A DNA stretch of 64,000 bases from an uncultured Alphaproteobacteria bacterium (lineage in GTDB: Bacteria > Pseudomonadota > Alphaproteobacteria > RF32 > CAG-239). Position 1 is the first letter of the stretch, and every line of letters starts with the position of its first letter. Below are positions 19,449-26,183 of this stretch, in pieces. The stretch is taken from the NCBI GenBank assembly GCA_944392865.1, contig CALXYD010000002.1:4896-68895 (forward strand), read 5' to 3'. The notes under the pieces are model-generated. The model did not search any database. It saw only the letters and a list, made by a program, of their open reading frames with translations, and was not told where the DNA came from. The translations under genes and the position numbers were made by a program.

Positions 19449-20210
19449 ATGATTATCAAAAATATTTTAATAACTGGGGCTTCTTCCGGAATTGGAGAGG
19501 CCTTGGCTTTACACTATGCCCAGCAGCCGGAAACCGAAAATCTTTTTATTTGCGGGCGCAACAAACAACGGCTGCAAGCCGTAAAAAAAGCCTGTGAAGA
19601 AGCCGGATCCGCAAAAATTCATGCCGACATTATTGATGTCACTGACCGAGCCGCCGTTGAAAAATGGATAAACTCGGCAGAGCAGCTGTCTCCTCTTAAT
19701 CTTGTCTTCGCCAATGCCGGCGTTGCCTCGCTGCAAGAAACGCCCGAAAACATTTTCAACACCTTTGATATCAATGTTTTCGGAGTCTTAAACACAATAA
19801 CTCCCGCCATAGAAAATTATAAAAAGCGCCCGGACAAAAACAAAATCATCGCCATAACAGCCTCAATTGCCGGATACCACGGTTTAGCTGCCTGCCCATC
19901 ATACAGCGCCACCAAAGCTTGCGTAAAAGCCTATGGCGAAGCATTGCGCCTGCATTTATTGCCTTATAACATTCAGGTCAACACCATTTGTCCCGGTTTC
20001 ATCCGTTCCCGCATAACCGATAAAAACACCTGTCCGATGCCTTTTTTCATGGAAGCGGCACCCGCTGCGGCACTCATTGCCGGCAGGATACAAAAAAATA
20101 TCGGTTTGATAGCCTTTCCTTGGCCGATGCGGCTCGCCGTCTGGCTTGGAAGCATTTTGCCCAATCGCCTCAGCGACTACATCTATAAAATACTCCCGTA
20201 CAAAGTTTAG
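19449..20210 (+). CDS. SDR-family oxidoreductase
   Basis: TGASSGIG cofactor motif, NAG, and the YSATK catalytic Tyr/Lys. Confidence 0.85.
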   Translation: MIIKNILITGASSGIGEALALHYAQQPETENLFICGRNKQRLQAVKKACEEAGSAKIHADIIDVTDRAAVEKWINSAEQLSPLNLVFANAGVASLQETPENIFNTFDINVFGVLNTITPAIENYKKRPDKNKIIAITASIAGYHGLAACPSYSATKACVKAYGEALRLHLLPYNIQVNTICPGFIRSRITDKNTCPMPFFMEAAPAAALIAGRIQKNIGLIAFPWPMRLAVWLGSILPNRLSDYIYKILPYKV

Positions 20211-20378
20211 CAAAATTTCGTCTCCATACCTTACCGGTTGAATTTTTTCTTGACTTTTCACATATTTAAAGCTAAAAAGCCGTCAGTTCTTCATACGGTG
20301 CAGTATGACGGAACATTTTTTAATATGCACAAGTCCGCCTCAAACCGAGGGTCTGGCATTTTTTGAAAATAAAATATA

Positions 20379-22064
20379 ATGGCAAATACTGCAGAAATTC
20401 AAATTCCTGAAATGACCGAAAATTTTGCTGACTTGTTAAACGAACAATTCGGCGACAAAGGCATTGTCGGCACGGTTATGAAAGGTACCGTCATCCGTTT
20501 GTCGGATGATTATGCCACCGTTGATGTCGGCTTGAAATCAGAAGGCCGCATTCCTCTTCGTGAGTTTGGCAAAAACAACGAATTAAAAGTCGGCGACACC
20601 GTTGAAGTCTTGGTTGACAGATATGAAGACAAAGACGGCAACATCGTCCTCTCGCGTGAAAAAGCCCGCCGTGAAGAAGTATGGCAGGATCTGGAAAAGA
20701 TGATGAACAACAATGAAAGAGTAAACGGCGTTATCTTCGGTCGCGTTAAAGGCGGCTTTACCGTTGACTTAAACGGTGCCATCGCTTTCTTGCCCGGTTC
20801 TCAGATTGATATTCGCCCGATTAAGGACATCACGCCGTTAATGGGCATTTCTCAACCGTTCCAGATTTTGAAGATGGACAAAGTCCGTGGCAACATCGTT
20901 GTTTCCCGCCGTGTCGTTCTGGAAGAAACCAGAGCCTCTGCCCGTGCGGAATTGATGGACAACATCAAAGAAGGTGCAATTCTTGAAGGTATCGTCAAGA
21001 ACTTGACGGATTACGGCGCATTCATTGACTTGGGCGGCGTAGACGGCCTGTTGCACGTTACCGACATTTCCTGGAAGAGAATCAACCACCCGGCGGAAGT
21101 TCTTACGCTCGGTCAGACGGTAAAAGTCCAGGTTATCAAGTTCAATGAAGACACGCAGCGCATCAGCCTCGGTATGAAACAGCTTGAGAATGACCCGTGG
21201 CAGTCTGTTGCTGACAAATACAAAGTCGGCGAAGTCTACAAAGGCAAAGTTACCAACATCACCGACTACGGCGCATTTATTGAACTGGAAGACGGTATTG
21301 AAGGTTTGGTACACGTTTCCGAAATGAGCTGGACGCGTAAAAACGTTCACCCCGGCAAGATTGTCTCCACTTCTCAGGAAGTTGAGGTTAAAGTTCTGGA
21401 AGTTGATCCGGAAAAACGCCGTATCAGCCTGGGCATCAAACAATGCACGCCGAATCCGTGGGCCGCTTATATTGAAGAACACCCACTGGATTCCATCATT
21501 GAAGGCAAAATTAAGAATATCACCGAATTCGGTCTGTTCATCGGCCTTTCTGATGAAATTGACGGTATGATTCACCTGTCTGATATTTCTTGGGAAAAAT
21601 CCGGCGAAGAAGCCGTTAAGGACTACACCAAAGGTCAAACCATTCAGGCAAAAATCATTGATGTTGATGTTGAAAAAGAGCGCATTAGCTTAGGTATTAA
21701 GCAAATGTCTGAAAACAACGTCGCAATGACTTTAGAATCCTTAAAGAAAGGCGATATTGTCAAAGCCATTGTTACCGGCGCTGATGAAAAAGGCGTTCAG
21801 GTAACGGTTCAGGGTATTGCCGCCACGATTAAAAAGGCAGACCTGTCCAAAGAAAACAATGACCCGTTAAGCTACAAAGAGGGCGATGTTTTGGAAGCAA
21901 AATTGACCTCTGTTGACCGTAAAAATGCTAAACTCGGCGTTTCGGTAAAAGCTTACGAGATTGAAGAAGAAAAGAAAGCGTTGGAAGAATATTCCGCCGC
22001 CAACTCTTCTGGTTCAACTTTGGGCGAAGCCCTGGGCGAAGCTCTGAAAAAGAAAGAAGAATAA
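20379..22064 (+). CDS. rpsA: 30S ribosomal protein S1
   Basis: Six S1 repeats (for example GxVxxxTDYGAFIDLGGVDGLLHVTDISW). Confidence 0.96.
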   Translation: MANTAEIQIPEMTENFADLLNEQFGDKGIVGTVMKGTVIRLSDDYATVDVGLKSEGRIPLREFGKNNELKVGDTVEVLVDRYEDKDGNIVLSREKARREEVWQDLEKMMNNNERVNGVIFGRVKGGFTVDLNGAIAFLPGSQIDIRPIKDITPLMGISQPFQILKMDKVRGNIVVSRRVVLEETRASARAELMDNIKEGAILEGIVKNLTDYGAFIDLGGVDGLLHVTDISWKRINHPAEVLTLGQTVKVQVIKFNEDTQRISLGMKQLENDPWQSVADKYKVGEVYKGKVTNITDYGAFIELEDGIEGLVHVSEMSWTRKNVHPGKIVSTSQEVEVKVLEVDPEKRRISLGIKQCTPNPWAAYIEEHPLDSIIEGKIKNITEFGLFIGLSDEIDGMIHLSDISWEKSGEEAVKDYTKGQTIQAKIIDVDVEKERISLGIKQMSENNVAMTLESLKKGDIVKAIVTGADEKGVQVTVQGIAATIKKADLSKENNDPLSYKEGDVLEAKLTSVDRKNAKLGVSVKAYEIEEEKKALEEYSAANSSGSTLGEALGEALKKKEE

Positions 22065-22084
22065 TCTCTTTCTTTTTGCTAACC

Positions 22085-22122
22085 AAAACACTCTGTATTC
22101 TTTGGAGTACAGAGTGTTTTTT
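22085..22122 (+). terminator. rho-independent terminator of rpsA
   Basis: Perfect 13-bp stem AAAACACTCTGTA / TACAGAGTGTTTT with a 10-nt loop, followed by a T-run. Confidence 0.85.
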
Positions 22123-22183
22123 ATTTCGTTAATTTCTCCCGCCCACCCGAATAGAGCATAAAAAAACACGCCGCTTATCTTTT

Positions 22184-22249
22184 TTTAAACGGCGTATTTA
22201 AACAATGTATTTAAACCTCAATCAATAGATTTAAACAGCGTATTTAAAT
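22184..22249 (+). repeat. tandem 13-bp array TTTAAAC-NNN-GTA (five TTTAAAC/T units, three full GTATTTAAA cores)
   Basis: The sequence reads TTTAAACGGCGTA TTTAAACAATGTA TTTAAACCTCAATCAATAGA TTTAAACAGCGTA TTTAAAT. Units start at 22184, 22197, 22210, 22230 and 22243, giving spacings of 13, 13, 20 and 13. The array ends at the stop codon of the small secreted ORF. Confidence 0.85.
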
Positions 22250-22567
22250 CTAGTCATCGCTTTCAGTTTCCTGCACCAACACATCTTCTTCCACCAAAAC
22301 CGGCTGCGCGGCAGAAGAATCAATCGGCGCCACTTCAACCCCGGGGTCGCCCGGCAAAGGCTGCATATCTGCCGAATCGGCATTGCCTGGCGCATTATTT
22401 CCCGCCGGTGTCGCCACCGCAGACGCACTATAAGTTTCAATAATCATCACACCGCCGTTATCCGCCGCATCTGCGGCATCAGCCGTTCCGCTCGCCCCGG
22501 CAATAGCCTGGCTGACAATCAACGCCAACGCCGATATAGCCAAAAGCCCCATAAACAATCTGTTCAT
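22250..22567 (-). CDS. small acidic secreted protein (Ala/Asp/Pro-rich)
   Basis: I trimmed the start to MNRLFMGLLAISALALIVSQAIA, a signal peptide preceded by GGAGG 8 nt upstream. G+C is visibly higher than in the flanks. I recognise no family. Confidence 0.5.
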   Translation of the reverse strand: MNRLFMGLLAISALALIVSQAIAGASGTADAADAADNGGVMIIETYSASAVATPAGNNAPGNADSADMQPLPGDPGVEVAPIDSSAAQPVLVEEDVLVQETESDD

Positions 22568-22658
22568 CTGTTTATCCTCCAAAATTAAAACGATACGCCG
22601 GAGATATAATCGCCGCCCGCCTTATTTCAAGCCCTCTCCCAATACCTCCCCATCTAAA

Positions 22659-22672
22659 ACGCCGTATTTAAA
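22659..22672 (+). repeat. copy of the GTATTTAAA core (ACGCCGTATTTAAA)
   Basis: Exact core that overlaps the U-tract side of the terminator of the 201-aa OMP gene. Confidence 0.8.
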
Positions 22673-22700
22673 ACGCAAAAACGGCAGGATAACCCGCCGT
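22671..22700 (-). terminator. terminator of the 201-aa OMP gene
   Basis: On the - strand: stem ACGGCGGG / CCTGCCGT (one mismatch), loop TTAT, then TTTTTGCGTTTT. Confidence 0.55.
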
Positions 22701-22720
22701 TTCGCCTATACTTTTCCGTG

Positions 22721-23326
22721 TCAGAAATAAATCCTGATACCTCCCGTGAAGATTCCTCCCCACTTCGTCTCGCCCACGCCATCTATCGGGATGGACTGAT
22801 AGCGCGCCTCGCCAAAGAGCGCAAATCTGGATGATAAATTAACCGAACCGCTAAGCCCGACACCCAAATAATACCGCCCATAATACGCGTGCCCGTGGTG
22901 GTCGTAATAATGTCCGCCGTGGAACCACTCCTCTTGGAGCGCATATCCCGTATGCGCCATTAACGACAGCCGCCCGATTTCCGACGCCAACAAATTCACG
23001 CCAAAATTAACGCCAAGCGTTACCGTAGACAGCGTATTTGTTTCCGTCGCGCCATAACCGTCGTCCCAAACCGAGTTAATAGAAAGGTAACTTCCCTCTA
23101 ACTCTCCGACAAACAGACCGGCTTCCATACCTATCCGGACATTAAATGTCGGAGAAGCCAAATCATTAACTAACCCGGCACCAGCACCAAACCCGGCGTA
23201 AAAATTCACCCCGTTTCCGAATAATCCATCGTCATACCGGCAGAAATACTGGGCTTGCGCACTCTGAATACCCATACTGCAGATGACAGCTATCGCCGCC
23301 ACTACCGCAAAAAATCTTTTTTTCAT
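22721..23326 (-). CDS. small outer-membrane beta-barrel protein (OmpX/OmpW-like size class)
   Basis: Signal peptide MKKRFFAVVAAIAVICSMGIQSAQA, Gly/aromatic-rich alternating strands and a terminal GGIRIYF. Confidence 0.7.
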   Translation of the reverse strand: MKKRFFAVVAAIAVICSMGIQSAQAQYFCRYDDGLFGNGVNFYAGFGAGAGLVNDLASPTFNVRIGMEAGLFVGELEGSYLSINSVWDDGYGATETNTLSTVTLGVNFGVNLLASEIGRLSLMAHTGYALQEEWFHGGHYYDHHGHAYYGRYYLGVGLSGSVNLSSRFALFGEARYQSIPIDGVGETKWGGIFTGGIRIYF

Positions 23327-23420
23327 ATATAAGTAATTTTAGTTCTGCCTATAAATATACCAGATTTTTCCCCTTTGTGCAACAAAAAAATACTTCCCCG
23401 ATTCCCCCCTAAAATACCAC

Positions 23421-23468
23421 AAAAAAAAGCAAGGGGAGCGAGAGCCGCTGCCCTCAATCTTCCCTTGC
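23421..23468 (-). terminator. terminator of OMP paralogue A
   Basis: On the - strand: GCAAGGGA ... TCCCCTTGC stem (one bulge) followed by TTTTTTTT. Confidence 0.6.
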
Positions 23469-23483
23469 TTTCTTCTGTGACCC

Positions 23484-24512
23484 TTACTTAGCGACGGTGC
23501 TGTTGCGCCACAACGAAAATGGAACGGCTATTGTCGCCCATACGTTGTGGTTCCAGTCCGCCATGGCGTTGCCGACGAGGCGGGTGTAAGAATACCCCAG
23601 CGACATCTCAAAATATGGCATACGCCATTTAATGAATGCGCCAGGCCCTACGCCCATCCCGTCATGGGTAACCCAGGATTCCTTATCGGAAACCGGGCGC
23701 TTGGTATCGGTTTGATACCACATAGCGTCCACCATGGCACCAACCCAAAGATTCTTGTCATCTTTTTGATTGTTCCACAGCTTCACGCCAAGCCCCATCT
23801 GGGCACCGCCGGTGAAGTAAGACTTGCCAGGGTTATTGGCGGTTTCGGGATAATAAGCCCATCCAATTTTGCCTTGGATGTATCCCCCAAAAAGCCTTCC
23901 CCAACGAGCCAATTCCAAGCCCAAATACGGAGTCCACTCTCCGGAGGACGAGTAGTTAATGCCCACCACCGGCGCAAGCTGCCAGTAGTAAGTATTTTTA
24001 GCCTCAAGAACAATGGGATTCTCTCTGTTCTCTTGGCCGTTCTCGTCCACCATATAAGCTACTCGCCCAGTGCGAGCCTCACCACCGGCGATGACATTTT
24101 CCGAAACCGTCGTCTTGTCTGACGAAGTTCGGATTTTGTCATCTAACGCCTCACGGCGGGCTATTTCCGCAGGCGACAGCTCAGAAGCCGTATAAACGAA
24201 CTTCTGTAGCTTGCGCGCCTCCTTGTCCTTCAGACCAATAAAGGTCATCTGAACAAAAAGGCTGTCGCCCTCAATCCATTGGTCTTCTGCCAAAAGGCAG
24301 ACAGTCTCAGAGGATTGTTTCTCTAGGAACTGACCAATAGCCTGCAGGCTATCTGTTCCCAGTTCAACAACTTCCACCTCGGCGGAACCGAACAACTCGG
24401 CCTTCACCTCAGTGGAAAGGTTAACTACTCGCTGCGCACTCGCTGTTGTTGCGCAGAAAACCAAAGCCACGCATGTCGCAATGACTCTGGCAAAAGCTTT
24501 CAAATTTGCCAT
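23484..24512 (-). CDS. secreted/outer-membrane protein, paralogue A (variable N-domain plus beta-rich C-domain)
   Basis: Signal peptide MANLKAFARVIATCVALVFCATTASAQ is almost identical to that of paralogue B. The C-terminal half is rich in Gly/Trp/Tyr. G+C is higher than in neighbouring genes. Confidence 0.65.
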   Translation of the reverse strand: MANLKAFARVIATCVALVFCATTASAQRVVNLSTEVKAELFGSAEVEVVELGTDSLQAIGQFLEKQSSETVCLLAEDQWIEGDSLFVQMTFIGLKDKEARKLQKFVYTASELSPAEIARREALDDKIRTSSDKTTVSENVIAGGEARTGRVAYMVDENGQENRENPIVLEAKNTYYWQLAPVVGINYSSSGEWTPYLGLELARWGRLFGGYIQGKIGWAYYPETANNPGKSYFTGGAQMGLGVKLWNNQKDDKNLWVGAMVDAMWYQTDTKRPVSDKESWVTHDGMGVGPGAFIKWRMPYFEMSLGYSYTRLVGNAMADWNHNVWATIAVPFSLWRNSTVAK

Positions 24513-24810
24513 TTTTGTATGAATTTAATTGTTTACGGCAATTTGAAAAACCTCAGAGTATTACCAGACGTGACCTCGCAAGTAAATCACATTCATAATA
24601 ACCTCTAAAATAATTCAAACCGCCAGAATAATTTTTTATCAACTTTACTATAACATCTTTTTCTTGTCTTTTCAATCATTTTTTTTGTGGATTCCGTCCA
24701 TATACCCCCGCTTTTGACTCATTTTTTTAAACAAATAGACTTTAAACCTGCCGATTCGCTCGCCTTTCCGCCCGATCCGCCCGCAAAATTCAATCCGTTC
24801 GCCTCTCATC
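24432..24810 (-). repeat. direct repeat copy A (~379 bp): upstream region, promoter, uORF and signal-peptide codons
   Basis: Aligns with 25733..26106 at a constant offset of 1301 at the ATG. I count 2 mismatches in the 81 nt of CDS and ~94% identity in the distal 210 nt. The uORF segment is more diverged. Confidence 0.85.
24647..24675 (-). promoter_or_regulatory. sigma70-type promoter of paralogue A (TTGAAA-N17-TATAGT)
   Basis: The - strand reads TTGAAA agacaagaaaaagatgt TATAGT. The same hexamers and spacing are conserved in copy B. Confidence 0.5.
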
Positions 24811-24860
24811 AATACTCATTTGCCACCAATACATCATACCCGACTCGCGACATAACTCCT

Positions 24861-24909
24861 CAAAAAAAGAAACAGCAAACTTTTGAGGGTTGCTCAAAGT
24901 TTGCTGTTT
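24861..24909 (-). terminator. rho-independent terminator of paralogue B
   Basis: Perfect 14-bp stem AAACAGCAAACTTT / AAAGTTTGCTGTTT with a 12-nt loop, followed on the - strand by CTTTTTTT. Confidence 0.8.
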
Positions 24910-24943
24910 TCAATTTGTGATCCCTTGCCACACCGCCAGAGGG

Positions 24944-25813
24944 CTAGAAAGTCTTCATGACCTTGAACATTGCACTTCCGCGCAAGTCCTTGATCAAATT
25001 TTGACCTGCATTGCCCTCATTGTAAGGCATGATTAAGCCGGCGGCGTTAAAGCCTAAGCGCCAGCCATTCCGACCAACACCCCACATACCCTCTATATAG
25101 AGACCTCCTCCGAAGCCCCATTTATGAGAGTATACAGTTGCCTTGTCCGAATCGCTCTGGCTGTATCCCAGCAACCCTTTCAGACCTACTGCAAAGTAGT
25201 CGTCAAAGTCCTGAGACTTCCACACCTTAAATCCGGCATTTGCCTGGAAGTAAGGCATAGAATAACGGTCATTGGCATACTCCGCTTTACTTGGATACCA
25301 TGCCTCCGTCCAGCCAATTCCGGCGCCAACCAGCCAATTCCGAGTTTCAAACCCGATATTAGCTTCAACCATCGGCGCGACGCCTTTTTCTCCAGCCGAT
25401 GCACCAGCGGCAACTGATACGGTCGTTTTCCGTATCTTATCGCCGTTAGCTTTTTGCCGGTCGGCGTTAAGCGCCTCCATGCGGCCTTCGCGGACAGCGC
25501 GGAACTCTTCCGGCGTCATGTCGCGAAGTCTTTTCACGGGCACCATAATGGTATCCCTGAAAAGACGCGGCTCTCCGTCAAAGAGCGCAATTCTCTTGCA
25601 TTCAATGACGTGATACTTGCCGTCTTTCTCCCCGAGTTTCCTCAGGTCGTAAAGGCAAGTATCTTGGGGGTTGCTTACTAAGTATTCCCTGATCTGGTCG
25701 TCAGACCAACGAATACTTTGTTTGATTACTCTCTGCGCACTCGCTGTTGTTGCGCAGAAAACCAAAGCCACGCATGTCGCAATGACTCTGGAAAAAGCTT
25801 TCAAATCTGCCAT
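24944..25813 (-). CDS. secreted/outer-membrane beta-barrel protein, paralogue B
   Basis: Signal peptide MADLKAFSRVIATCVALVFCATTASAQ, a beta-rich C-terminal half and a terminal MFKVMKTF. Confidence 0.65.
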   Translation of the reverse strand: MADLKAFSRVIATCVALVFCATTASAQRVIKQSIRWSDDQIREYLVSNPQDTCLYDLRKLGEKDGKYHVIECKRIALFDGEPRLFRDTIMVPVKRLRDMTPEEFRAVREGRMEALNADRQKANGDKIRKTTVSVAAGASAGEKGVAPMVEANIGFETRNWLVGAGIGWTEAWYPSKAEYANDRYSMPYFQANAGFKVWKSQDFDDYFAVGLKGLLGYSQSDSDKATVYSHKWGFGGGLYIEGMWGVGRNGWRLGFNAAGLIMPYNEGNAGQNLIKDLRGSAMFKVMKTF

Positions 25814-26106
25814 TTTTTTTATAAATTTAATTGTTACGGCAGCTTGAAAAACTTCAGAGTATCACCAGAACCAACCCCGCAAAAGGATCACATTCATAAT
25901 AACCTCTAAAATAATTCAAACTGCCAAAATAATTTTTTATCAATTTCACTATAACATCTTTTTCCTGTCTTTTCAATCATTTTTTTGTGGATTCCGTCCA
26001 CATACCCCGCTTTTGACTCATTTTTTTAAACAAATAGACTTTAAACCTGCCGATTCGCTTGCCTTTCCGCCCAATTCGCCCGCAAAATTCAATCCGCTCC
26101 CATCAC
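25733..26106 (-). repeat. direct repeat copy B (~374 bp)
   Basis: See copy A. It fills almost the whole divergent spacer between paralogue B and valS. Confidence 0.85.
25948..25976 (-). promoter_or_regulatory. sigma70-type promoter of paralogue B (TTGAAA-N17-TATAGT)
   Basis: The - strand reads TTGAAA agacaggaaaaagatgt TATAGT. Confidence 0.5.
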
Positions 26107-26117
26107 ATTTTAAACCC

Positions 26118-26146
26118 TTTACTTTTAAACCGGACTTTGCTAAAAT
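26118..26146 (+). promoter_or_regulatory. candidate valS promoter (TTTACT-N17-TAAAAT)
   Basis: The hexamers have a 17-nt spacer and lie ~40 nt upstream of the valS ATG. One TTTAAAC unit falls inside the spacer. Confidence 0.4.
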
Positions 26147-26183
26147 CCCGCATAGTGTGATTTTTTATGGAGTATAAACAATA

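Noticed and set aside
20285-20330. Hairpin CCGTCA...TGACGG followed by a T-run in the rpsA leader, as a terminator or attenuator
   Set aside because: The stem is only 6 bp with a ~20-nt loop, which is too weak to call.
20838-21638. 266-aa ORF antisense to rpsA
   Set aside because: It lies entirely inside the well-supported S1 gene on the opposite strand. The sequence is low-complexity (Phe/Asn/Val-rich) with no motif, which is typical of a shadow ORF.
22184-22249. Possible CRISPR array
   Set aside because: The units are only 13 nt with no unique spacers of 25-40 nt, and no cas genes are in the window.
23547-24122. 191-aa + strand ORF inside OMP paralogue A
   Set aside because: The minus-strand frame has a signal peptide, a conserved promoter and a terminator. 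The + frame has none of these.
24687-24920. 77-aa + strand ORF in the conserved upstream part of repeat copy A
   Set aside because: The equivalent frame in copy B is broken by small indels (atatacccccgc versus acataccccgc), so the conservation is at the DNA level rather than coding. It also starts at a non-ATG codon.
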